The notes under the pieces are model-generated. The model had not been told where the DNA came from. It was given only the letters and a program-made list of their open reading frames with translations, and did not search any database. Below are positions 18,356 to 27,481 of a stretch of 64,000 bases of DNA, piece by piece. Position numbers and translations under genes: made by a program. Within the stretch, counting starts at the first letter, position 1, and each line of letters starts with the position of its first letter. Origin of the DNA: a virus; IMG/VR virus record IMGVR_UViG_3300022925_002539, positions 1-64,000 of that record; one strand, 5' to 3'.

Positions 18356-18529
18356 ATGACTAAAACTCCTGATGGCATTGAGCTTGCATTATTACATGCA
18401 CTAAAATACGAACTAGCGACTTTTAAAGTAGCAGATAAAAAAGCTCGTTGGGATATAAATGAATCGGAATCCAAAGCCATAGAGAAATGGATGGTAAATA
18501 GGATTAAAGACATTTCCAAAAGATTATAA
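18356..18529 (+). CDS. hypothetical protein (57 aa)
   Basis: Not in track; GAGG SD; stop overlaps next ATG. Confidence 0.5.
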   Translation: MTKTPDGIELALLHALKYELATFKVADKKARWDINESESKAIEKWMVNRIKDISKRL

Positions 18530-19386
18530 TGATGTACGATTGCATAATTCCAATAGGATGTAGCCATATGTATGGCGCTGAACATGAAAGCACAAATAAT
18601 CTGACAAATCCAAGTAAACACACATGGGTAGATCTTATTGGTGAACATATGGATTTGCCTGTTTATAATTGTAGTGTTCCAGGTGCAAGTAATCAAACAA
18701 TTTTAAGGAAATTACAAATTGCAATAGACTATTGTAAAAGAAGAAATCTAAATCCACTGTTTATTTTACAGTGGTCACAATATCATCGTTATGAAACTAT
18801 TGCTGAATGTGCTTACAATGTATGTGAAGATTTTCCTTACATTCGTACATACGTAGAAATCTTTAATGCAAGTGATAATACAGAAGTTACTAATTGGGCT
18901 CATAGTTTTTATAAATTATTTGATGATTCAAGTTTGTTTTATGAAACAACTCGTGTTGTAGAACATGCAAATTTGTCAGCACAAAACTATAATGTTATAA
19001 ATTGTTTAGCTCATAGTTGGAAAGACAAACCAGTATTTAAAAGTCAATTTGTAGAAGGACATCGTAAAGATCAAGTAATTTTTGAAGCACTAGATGATAT
19101 ATACAAAGATTTAAATTGTAATGAAAGTACAAAACTTAAAAAATATGGTGTTAGGGGATATGATTGTCCTACAACAACTGCAAACTTACATTTGATGTGG
19201 GAAAACATAGAAAAATATAATTGGTGGCATTGGGAGGAAGAACCATATACAACTGGTTTAAAACATTGGTGTCAAGAAAATAATTTAGAACTTGGTCCTA
19301 ACAAACACCCTTTAGAAAGTGCAAATAAAGTTGCATTTGAATTTGCAATTAATAACAAATCTTTTACAGATATGATTGGAATATAA
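18529..19386 (+). CDS. SGNH-hydrolase-like protein
   Basis: IGCSHMYG, PGASN..I.R, C-terminal HP. Confidence 0.55.
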   Translation: MMYDCIIPIGCSHMYGAEHESTNNLTNPSKHTWVDLIGEHMDLPVYNCSVPGASNQTILRKLQIAIDYCKRRNLNPLFILQWSQYHRYETIAECAYNVCEDFPYIRTYVEIFNASDNTEVTNWAHSFYKLFDDSSLFYETTRVVEHANLSAQNYNVINCLAHSWKDKPVFKSQFVEGHRKDQVIFEALDDIYKDLNCNESTKLKKYGVRGYDCPTTTANLHLMWENIEKYNWWHWEEEPYTTGLKHWCQENNLELGPNKHPLESANKVAFEFAINNKSFTDMIGI

Positions 19387-20537
19387 TGAACATTGGTATA
19401 ATAGGCGTAGGCAAACTAGGTTTATCTTATGCATTAGTGTTTGAAGAATCAGGATTTAATGTATTTGCAAGTAGTTATAAACAGGAATATGTTGAATTGC
19501 TACAGAATAAAATTGTAGATACAGTTGAGCCTGGCATTAAAGACAGACTACAAAATAGCAAAAATATTATTTTTACAACAGATAACTATAGAGTAATTAC
19601 TCAATGTGAATACATTTATGTTATGGTGCCAACACCTAGTCTACCTGCAGGAAACTATGATATTAGTGCAGTAGAAACAGTAGCAAAAGACTTTCTAAAT
19701 TATGAAGGTGATGTACGTAACAGAAAATTAATAATAGGTTGCACAATGAATCCAGGAGATACAAAACGTATACAAAATATGTTAACTCCTCTTGGTGTCA
19801 AGGTTGTATACAGTCCTACTTTCGTTGCACAAGGAAATGTAATAGACAGAATATATAATCCGCCTGGTGTATTATTTGGTACAGAGCATATAGATATTGG
19901 TAAAGAGTGCCAAAAGATTTGGAGTAAGATTCAAAAGAACAATGCTCCTTTAAGTATAGTAAATCAAACCACTGCAGAAATACTAAAATTAACTTTTAAT
20001 TGCTTGATGACTTTACGTATTAGTTTTTATAACCAAATAGGTGAACTGGCAATACAATCTGGAGTTGCTGAAGATCTACAAGAGATAGACAGTGCTATTA
20101 ATAGGTTCAATGATATGGATCTAGGTTTTGGTTTTGGATTTGGCGGACCGTGTCTACCTAGAGATAATAGAGCAATGGTTGCTTATGCACGTAGTATAGA
20201 TAGTGATTATGTGTTTGGTGATATTGTAGATAAATTCAACAATGATCATAGCAAATTTCTAGCAGATTATCTTATTGGTGAAAATGTAGATGAAAACCCT
20301 TACTATTTTGATTACGTTACATACAAGCCAGGAGTAACTATTACTGATGAAAGTCAGCAGTTTGAATGTTGTTGTAAACTTTTAGAACTAGGCAATACAG
20401 TATATGTAAATCCAAGTAAATACTTGCCTACAGAATTTAAAAAAATACTTACAGAAAAGTACCAAAATAAAGTAATCTTTAAATCAAAAGATGAATTAAT
20501 TGAAGAAAGTATTGACTTCTATGAAGTTAATATGTAA
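19386..20537 (+). CDS. UDP-glucose/GDP-mannose dehydrogenase family
   Basis: GVGKLG, MVPTP, AEILKL..N, GFGGPCLPRD. Confidence 0.85.
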   Translation: MNIGIIGVGKLGLSYALVFEESGFNVFASSYKQEYVELLQNKIVDTVEPGIKDRLQNSKNIIFTTDNYRVITQCEYIYVMVPTPSLPAGNYDISAVETVAKDFLNYEGDVRNRKLIIGCTMNPGDTKRIQNMLTPLGVKVVYSPTFVAQGNVIDRIYNPPGVLFGTEHIDIGKECQKIWSKIQKNNAPLSIVNQTTAEILKLTFNCLMTLRISFYNQIGELAIQSGVAEDLQEIDSAINRFNDMDLGFGFGFGGPCLPRDNRAMVAYARSIDSDYVFGDIVDKFNNDHSKFLADYLIGENVDENPYYFDYVTYKPGVTITDESQQFECCCKLLELGNTVYVNPSKYLPTEFKKILTEKYQNKVIFKSKDELIEESIDFYEVNM

Positions 20538-20544
20538 TAACAAA

Positions 20545-20620
<76 letters not shown>

Positions 20621-20639
20621 TTAAACTTGGGAGATAAAA

Positions 20640-20858
20640 ATGAAAGTAGGCGATCAAATAATACTTGCAGCTAAGAAACAAGCAGAAGGCGAAATTGCAG
20701 TTCATTTAGCAAACATTGAAGTTTATAAAACAATGCCAGCAGGTATTGGTGAACATTCAGATGTTACTGAAGCAGTCATTGCAGAACTTGATAAATTGGC
20801 TTCAGCACAAGATCGTATTGATATGATTGAAAAATATTTTTCCAAAGAGATTCTCTAA
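20640..20858 (+). CDS. conserved T4-like phage hypothetical protein
   Basis: H.ANIEVY...P.GIGEHSD motif. Confidence 0.7.
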   Translation: MKVGDQIILAAKKQAEGEIAVHLANIEVYKTMPAGIGEHSDVTEAVIAELDKLASAQDRIDMIEKYFSKEIL

Positions 20859-20861
20859 CAT

Positions 20862-21923
20862 ATGGATCAAATTACAGTTACACTCAGAAACAGAAGCAAT
20901 GAACTATTAGATGTTTTCATAGATGTAATTGAAAGTAGTTTATCTACAAAATGGTTAACATCACTTAATACACTATTAAGACAAGAATACCATTTGGAAA
21001 AAAATTACCATTGGATGGGATTTTCTGAAAGAGATTTGCATGTACTATGTGATAAAATTAACTTTAGTTGTAATACAATAAAAATGTTTAATTGGGAAAA
21101 TGTAGGACTTGCCCAATATGACATTCCAGAACATTTTACTGCAGAAAATACAATAGTAAAAGGTGACATAGGACCTGGACTACCAGGTGGACATGTGAAT
21201 CACGACATGTTCAATAATTTACATAGGCATTTCGAAGAGCTACAAGGACAAGCAGGAAGAATATCTCCTTACTATCAACGTGCACCTAAAGAAATACGTT
21301 GGCACATAAGACAACTTAATTTATTATGTCATGAATTTGAATCTCGTGCATTAAGTTTAAGGAAATCCAAATATGCACCTGAGTGGCAACAGTATAACCA
21401 ACTGTTTTGTTTTCTAAACACTCCAACTTTTAATTTAGATCCAAATACAGACTTTGATGCATTTGGTGTCCATACTCTTATACGAAAACAAGGTGATGTT
21501 ACAATGGGTATCGATAAGAGTGTAGGCAAAAGTCATTGGGAAGTTTTCAATGATGAAGGAGATGTTGATCTAGATAATACAACTACTATTGCATTAACAT
21601 CACAATGGCAAGGCAGTGGAGATTTTGATGTCCGCTGGAGTCAAACAGATCTTAGTATGTCTCCTACTGTAAAACGATTTATTGAATGGTTGAAAAGAAA
21701 TAACTTGGATCCAGAAGATCCTAGTTTAACACTGGGACATCCTGTTGTAGCAAAGGTTGATTTAGAAAAAAGTTTTGGCTCAAACAATTACAAAGACGTA
21801 CAGGACAAGTTAATAAAAAATCTTGATGTATATAAAATTAAAACAAGTGATGCTGAGTGTGTATTTGATTATAGATGGGACGATGAAAATTATAGTAACA
21901 CACAAATTTGTTTATTACATTGA
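20862..21923 (+). CDS. hypothetical protein
   Basis: 353-aa ORF. Confidence 0.7.
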   Translation: MDQITVTLRNRSNELLDVFIDVIESSLSTKWLTSLNTLLRQEYHLEKNYHWMGFSERDLHVLCDKINFSCNTIKMFNWENVGLAQYDIPEHFTAENTIVKGDIGPGLPGGHVNHDMFNNLHRHFEELQGQAGRISPYYQRAPKEIRWHIRQLNLLCHEFESRALSLRKSKYAPEWQQYNQLFCFLNTPTFNLDPNTDFDAFGVHTLIRKQGDVTMGIDKSVGKSHWEVFNDEGDVDLDNTTTIALTSQWQGSGDFDVRWSQTDLSMSPTVKRFIEWLKRNNLDPEDPSLTLGHPVVAKVDLEKSFGSNNYKDVQDKLIKNLDVYKIKTSDAECVFDYRWDDENYSNTQICLLH

Positions 21924-21951
21924 TAAGTAAGTAGTCAGCAGGAGAAAAGTT

Positions 21952-22119
21952 ATGTCAAATCAGGACACATCAACAAAATCTTCAACTACAAGTACACAAG
22001 TTATAAATCCTAAAAATTTAGATCAATATGGAATTAAAAGAGAGATAGATCCTATGGAATGGGCAGAAATCTATGGACATGAAAATTTCCGTGAAAACAA
22101 AAATTCTAGTATAAAGTAG
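21952..22119 (+). CDS. hypothetical protein (55 aa)
   Basis: Not in track; AGGAG SD. Confidence 0.45.
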   Translation: MSNQDTSTKSSTTSTQVINPKNLDQYGIKREIDPMEWAEIYGHENFRENKNSSIK

Positions 22120-22148
22120 TTGACACTCCTATTAATTAGTAGTATACT
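22120..22148 (+). promoter_or_regulatory. sigma70-like promoter
   Basis: TTGACA-N17-TATACT. Confidence 0.7.
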
Positions 22149-22173
22149 GATTAGTAATTAATAGGAGGATTTT

Positions 22174-22323
22174 ATGCAACAGGAAATAGAATTTGCAGTA
22201 CAAGAAGCTCGTACAATGCAATTGACACAAGAACAAACAATTAAATTTATTATGAAGATGGCAGGTTGTGATTATGCAACTGCAAAAAATGCTATTACAA
22301 AAAGATACGAATACTCTTATTAA
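22174..22323 (+). CDS. hypothetical protein (49 aa)
   Basis: Not in track; AGGAGG SD; directly upstream of tRNA-Ser. Confidence 0.55.
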   Translation: MQQEIEFAVQEARTMQLTQEQTIKFIMKMAGCDYATAKNAITKRYEYSY

Positions 22324-22330
22324 CTAATAC

Positions 22331-22419
22331 GGACAGTTGGCTGAGTGGCTTAAAGCGGCGGATTACTAATCCGTTGTACCCAAAAGGTACCGTGGGTTCG
22401 AATCCTACACTGTCCGCCA
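22331..22419 (+). tRNA. tRNA-Ser(ACT)
   Basis: GGACAGT/ACTGTCC acceptor; anticodon arm GCGGA-TTACTAA-TCCGT; long variable arm GTACC-caaaa-GGTAC; G73; CCA. Confidence 0.9.
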
Positions 22420-22441
22420 ATTTTTACAGATAAATATTTTT

Positions 22442-22750
22442 ATGTTAAAACTTACAGAAAAAGCAACAGAATATTTAAAGTCAGTTACTCCTGATGGTGA
22501 CTATGTTACACTTGGTGTTAAAGGTGGAGGATGTTCAGGCTTTACATATGTTTGGGATCATAAATCAAAATGGCCAGATGTAAAGTGGAGCGAGCCTATC
22601 AACGACATATTGGTTGTTGATCCTATAGCAGAAATGTTTGTGCTAGGATGCACAGTTGATTGGGTCAACGAACTAGGAGGTAACTATCTAAAAGTTATCA
22701 ATCCAAATGCCGTTGCCAGTTGTGGTTGTGGAGAAAGCTTCGCAGTTTAA
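22442..22750 (+). CDS. iscA: Fe-S cluster A-type carrier (IscA/HesB)
   Basis: GVKGGGCSG and NPNA..SCGCGESF. Confidence 0.93.
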   Translation: MLKLTEKATEYLKSVTPDGDYVTLGVKGGGCSGFTYVWDHKSKWPDVKWSEPINDILVVDPIAEMFVLGCTVDWVNELGGNYLKVINPNAVASCGCGESFAV

Positions 22751-23010
22751 ATTTTTCTACTGCTACTAGCATCATATCTGTTATATTGTCTTAGTATACT
22801 ACTTTGCTTTTGAGCAAATTTTTTTTGATTGCAATTACTGCATACATGAGCAGAACTTCTTTTATCAAACGTTTTACTGGTCCTTGTAAAGTCATGTCCA
22901 CAATTATCGCAACGTAAAATGTACACCGTATAACCTATTGTACATTCTTCTTTTTTACCACGACGTGTTCTATTGTAAGTTCTGTATTCTTTTACAGTTT
23001 CCAGTATCAT
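22747..23010 (-). CDS. zinc-ribbon protein
   Basis: CDNC...HVCSNC; start moved to ATG 23010, 5 nt after TAAATA. Confidence 0.65.
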   Translation of the reverse strand: MILETVKEYRTYNRTRRGKKEECTIGYTVYILRCDNCGHDFTRTSKTFDKRSSAHVCSNCNQKKFAQKQSSILRQYNRYDASSSRKI

Positions 23011-23045
23011 AAAAATATTTAGCACACGGCTAGATTAAAACAGGT

Positions 23046-23053
23046 TATAAATA
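23046..23053 (+). promoter_or_regulatory. T4-type late promoter TATAAATA
   Basis: Exact T4 late consensus before the structural block; TAAATA core also at 8577, 9337, 22431, 27453, 30020, 40550, 42118, 50653, 54644, 57546, 63826. Confidence 0.75.
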
Positions 23054-23079
23054 CACTATAAATTAGGAGTCTAAACAAG

Positions 23080-23664
23080 ATGGCAAAACAAACCGTAAAC
23101 TTAGGTAGTAGTGCAAACGACGGTACAGGTGATCCGTTACGTACTGCCTTTGATAAAATCAACGATAATTTTGATGAACTTTATCTATACAGTACTGCTG
23201 CAAGTGGCAACAATATTACAATAACTGGCAACACTATTGCTAGTGATAATACAAATGGTAATGTTATTATTGATCCAAATGGTACAGGTAGACTAGTAAT
23301 AGCAACAGGTGCAGAAATTAGATTAACAGACCATACCGACAATGGAGTTGCATACGTTGATGCTGATGGCGATATACAAACAAGTGGTGCATTTACTTTC
23401 GATGGAACAAATGTAGCAACTACAGGAAATATAAGTGTTAATACAAGATTATTACTAGAAGATAACAGAATTACAACACAAACAACTAACGATGATATTG
23501 ATATTGATCCAAATGGTACAGGTAAAATAAATTATATTACAACTGCTCAAACAACAGTAGGAGCTGCAGGTGGTGCTGATGCCTTACCGGCTACACCATC
23601 AACATATTTTCAAATCAAAATCAACGGTGTAAATTACGTAGTACCAGCATACGCAGTTAGTTAA
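23080..23664 (+). CDS. baseplate/tail-fibre protein (gp9/gp10-like N-terminus)
   Basis: KQTVNLG..ANDGTGDPLRTAFDKINDNF.ELY; DPNGTG repeats. Confidence 0.8.
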   Translation: MAKQTVNLGSSANDGTGDPLRTAFDKINDNFDELYLYSTAASGNNITITGNTIASDNTNGNVIIDPNGTGRLVIATGAEIRLTDHTDNGVAYVDADGDIQTSGAFTFDGTNVATTGNISVNTRLLLEDNRITTQTTNDDIDIDPNGTGKINYITTAQTTVGAAGGADALPATPSTYFQIKINGVNYVVPAYAVS

Positions 23665-23674
23665 GGAGTAGTAC

Positions 23675-26590
23675 ATGAGCAAGCAAACTATTAATGTAGG
23701 TACTGCTAGTGACGACGGCACAGGTGATAGTCTACGTGCTGCTTTTGTAAAGGTAAATGAAAACTTTACAGAAGTTTACAACGAAATAGGCGGCGATAGT
23801 CTAAGTGAACTTAAATTAACTTCTAATAAGATAACAACTGACAATACCAATACAAATATTATTTTAGACCCTAATGGCACTGGTAAAGTAGAAGTTGAAG
23901 GAGATAGTTTATTTCGTGGAGACACAGTAGCAACAGGACAAATTAGAGGTGCTACCCTACAAGTAGATGGCAATGCAAACATAGATGGCGATATAATCGT
24001 TGATGGTTCAATGACTGCAGGTGCATTTACTCCTAGTAGTATTACAGTATCAGGTGCGTTTGTCGCAAATGGTACAGTAGACTTAGGTGATAGTAGTGCA
24101 GATACAGTTACAATTACAGGACGCATTGACAGCAGTATTGTTCCAGATGCAACTGCAACTTATAATTTAGGATCTAGTTCACTAAGATTTGCAACTGCAT
24201 ATGTAACAGACTTAGATGCAAGTGGTGATGTTACTATTGGTGGAAACATTACAATAGGTGATGCTACCACTGACAGTATTAGCATTAATGCAGATTTAAA
24301 CAGTAACTTAATACCCAATACACATAACACATTTGATATAGGAAGTACTACAAAATATTATAGAGATGTTTTTGCAACTACATACACAGGCACAAGTTCA
24401 GAGATTGGTGGTTTACAAACAATTAGTAATACTATTCAAAGTATATCAACTAATAGTGACATAACTATAAATCCACAAGGAACAGGAACTTTTATAGTTG
24501 CTGGTGATACTACATTAAATGGTGGGTTAACTGTTTCTGGGTCAAGTGACTTTGATACCATTACTACAGATGGATTAACTATTGTAGATAATAACATACA
24601 AGGTTCTCGTAGTAATGATAATATTAATTTAATACCAAACGGTACAGGAAACGTAGCATTAGGAAATTTAGTTTTTGATGCAGATCAAGTAGTAGGATCT
24701 AGTCAGGACAACTATGTTTTAACGTATGATGATGCATCAGGTACTATAAGATTAGAAGCCAATGCAGGCGGTGGTGGAGCAATAACAAGTATTGTTGAAG
24801 ACACAACCCCACAACTAGGCGGTAATTTAGATTTAAATGGTAACGATATCACAGGCACAGGTGATATTAATATAACTGGAACTGTAACTGCAACAAATTT
24901 AGTTGGAACATTTACAGGTTCCACTGACTTTGATACTATAACTACAGACGGCTTAACACTTGTAGACAATAATATTAGTGCAAATAGAACTAATGATGAT
25001 CTAATACTTTCATCAAGTGGTACAGGAAGTATCAATATAAACGGAACAGTAACAGGCACAGGCGTACTAGATGAAGATAATATGGCAAGTGACAGTGCTG
25101 TTCATCTTGCTACTCAGCAGAGTATCAAAGCATATGTGGATTCACAAATAACTGCTAGTGGAGATATAACTTCGGTTACTGCAGGTGATGGTTTAACTGG
25201 TGGTGGAGTATCTGGTGCAGTAACATTAAATGTGGTTGGCGGTACAGGTATTGATGCAAACGCAGATGACATTTCTATTGATTCAACTGTAGCAACATTA
25301 ACAGATACACAAACACTAACAAACAAAACCTTGACATCACCTATTGTCGGTGGCACTACAACAAGTGCTTCAGGTAACATTATTTTAGAACCAGCAACCA
25401 ATATTGTTGAAGTTAGAGGTGATGGTTCATCAGTAGTTGGTCAATTACAATTAAATTGTCATGTTAATTCACATGGCCAAGTAATTGCTTCTCAACCTCA
25501 TTCAGCAGGTGCTACAAATACATTAACATTACCAGGTGGTACTACAATTGGAAATGGTGACGCAACTTTAGTGTCAGATTCTGGTACACAAACATTAACA
25601 AACAAAACATTAACAAGTCCAGTTATTAATACTGGTGTAAGTGGTACTGCAATCCTTGATGAAGATAATTTTGCAAGTGATAGTGATACACAACTTGCAA
25701 CACAACAAAGTATTAAAGCATATGTTGATACGGAAACAGGAAATGTTGCTTCTGATTCGATGACATTTACTAATAAAACATTTGATGTTGAAGGTACAGG
25801 AAATAGTATTAGTAATATTGATGTTGCAGATTTTAAAGCGGCGGCAATAGTTATTGAAAGTGAAGGTATTGGAAGTAACGACAATGATACAACTTTACCT
25901 ACATCGGCAGCAGTAAAAGATTATGTTGATACTAATTCACAAGGTGCAATAGCAACTGCTGGTAACACAGGCTCAGGAAGCATTGGTGTAGGAGATACAC
26001 TACAGGCACTAGGTACAACAAATGAAATTGATGTCAATGCCGCCGGTAGTGCATTATCATTTAGTTTAGCAGATGATATCTCAGGTGTAACAAGTATTAC
26101 TGTTAGTGGCAGTTTAAACACAGATGGTATACAGATTGTAGACAACAATATAAGTTCAGATAGAAGTAATGATGACCTTACACTTGATGCTAATGGTACC
26201 GGACAAATTGTTTTCAGAGCACCAATACAGATTAATGAAGGCATTGAAGAAAAGTTTGAAACAACAACAGGTGCAACAGGTGTTACTGCTTTAGATTGTA
26301 GTACTGGACATATACATTATCTTACAGGTGCAAGTGGTGATATAACTGCAAACTTTACAAATTTAACACTTACTCAAGAATATGCCACAAACCTAACAGT
26401 AATAATTAATCAAGGTGGCACACCTTACGAAATTACTGCTGTTCAAATAGGTGGTGCGGCACAAACACTAAACTGGCAAGGTGGTTCAGCACCTACAGGA
26501 AATGCTAACGGTATTGATAGTTTTTCATTTACAATACTAAATGATGGCGGTTCTTATGTTGTTCTTGGACAGATGGTAGACTTTACATAA
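23675..26590 (+). CDS. long tail-fibre protein
   Basis: Same gp9/gp10-like N-terminus; PNGTG, QTLTNKTLTSP and LDED..ASDS...LATQQSIKAYVD repeats. Confidence 0.85.
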   Translation: MSKQTINVGTASDDGTGDSLRAAFVKVNENFTEVYNEIGGDSLSELKLTSNKITTDNTNTNIILDPNGTGKVEVEGDSLFRGDTVATGQIRGATLQVDGNANIDGDIIVDGSMTAGAFTPSSITVSGAFVANGTVDLGDSSADTVTITGRIDSSIVPDATATYNLGSSSLRFATAYVTDLDASGDVTIGGNITIGDATTDSISINADLNSNLIPNTHNTFDIGSTTKYYRDVFATTYTGTSSEIGGLQTISNTIQSISTNSDITINPQGTGTFIVAGDTTLNGGLTVSGSSDFDTITTDGLTIVDNNIQGSRSNDNINLIPNGTGNVALGNLVFDADQVVGSSQDNYVLTYDDASGTIRLEANAGGGGAITSIVEDTTPQLGGNLDLNGNDITGTGDINITGTVTATNLVGTFTGSTDFDTITTDGLTLVDNNISANRTNDDLILSSSGTGSININGTVTGTGVLDEDNMASDSAVHLATQQSIKAYVDSQITASGDITSVTAGDGLTGGGVSGAVTLNVVGGTGIDANADDISIDSTVATLTDTQTLTNKTLTSPIVGGTTTSASGNIILEPATNIVEVRGDGSSVVGQLQLNCHVNSHGQVIASQPHSAGATNTLTLPGGTTIGNGDATLVSDSGTQTLTNKTLTSPVINTGVSGTAILDEDNFASDSDTQLATQQSIKAYVDTETGNVASDSMTFTNKTFDVEGTGNSISNIDVADFKAAAIVIESEGIGSNDNDTTLPTSAAVKDYVDTNSQGAIATAGNTGSGSIGVGDTLQALGTTNEIDVNAAGSALSFSLADDISGVTSITVSGSLNTDGIQIVDNNISSDRSNDDLTLDANGTGQIVFRAPIQINEGIEEKFETTTGATGVTALDCSTGHIHYLTGASGDITANFTNLTLTQEYATNLTVIINQGGTPYEITAVQIGGAAQTLNWQGGSAPTGNANGIDSFSFTILNDGGSYVVLGQMVDFT

Positions 26591-27450
26591 TGCCAATAAT
26601 TGGAACAGTAAACGGTAGTTTTTTTGCAGGACGTAGATCAACTGCTTACAGTGGTGCGGCGTGGGATCCTTCAACAGATATAACTACTGCATTTTGGATA
26701 GATGCCTCAGACACAGGCAGTTATACATTGAGTGGTAGCACAGTTACAGCAGTCACCGACAAGGCAAGTAATTTCTCAATCACAGTCAACGGTACACCAA
26801 CCAGAGTTACCAGTGGATTAAACAGTCTTAACGTATGGGACTTTAGCGGATCTGGTGAGGACTTTACTACATCAGACGAACAGGCAGTAGCATCCAGTGG
26901 TAATCACTGGGCCATAGGCGTGTTTCTGGCGGACACCGTAAATGACACGCAGGACAGTTTCTACAGTTTTACAAACAACACAGTAGCAGCAGGTAGCAAA
27001 AGAGGCTATGCTGTCAGTTCCGGTAACGCCAGTGCATTCAACGGTGAGTTAGACCTAGATGGATTAAGTTCAAACAGAATTTCATCAACCATAGGTAACC
27101 TCGAAGCCTTTGACTCAGCAGTCAGCCTTGACGCATTTCATCTGGTAGGCACTATATTTAACAAAACTGGTAACCAAATCGCCGCCAGGGTAGATGGTTC
27201 AAACGCATTTACTCCTGTGAACGACTACGACAACTCAATCAACACTGACCAAGACGTGAGAATCATGCGTAACAGGGCTAACGAGAGACTGGATGGCAGA
27301 GTAGCAGAATTTTTTTGTGTTGCTGCCATTCCGGGTACAGGCGGCACAGACATAACAGATTTTGAAAAAGCAGAAGGTTATCTTGCTCACAAATGGGGCT
27401 TAACCGCCAACTTACCAGTTGATCACCCATATAAATCGTCAGCACCGTAA
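26590..27450 (+). CDS. LamG/concanavalin-like tail receptor-binding protein
   Basis: WIDASD...; EGYLAHKWGL...LP..HPYKS.AP C-terminus; more C-ending codons than flanks. Confidence 0.65.
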   Translation: MPIIGTVNGSFFAGRRSTAYSGAAWDPSTDITTAFWIDASDTGSYTLSGSTVTAVTDKASNFSITVNGTPTRVTSGLNSLNVWDFSGSGEDFTTSDEQAVASSGNHWAIGVFLADTVNDTQDSFYSFTNNTVAAGSKRGYAVSSGNASAFNGELDLDGLSSNRISSTIGNLEAFDSAVSLDAFHLVGTIFNKTGNQIAARVDGSNAFTPVNDYDNSINTDQDVRIMRNRANERLDGRVAEFFCVAAIPGTGGTDITDFEKAEGYLAHKWGLTANLPVDHPYKSSAP

Positions 27451-27481
27451 GATAAATACTGTATAACGAGGAGTATATAGT

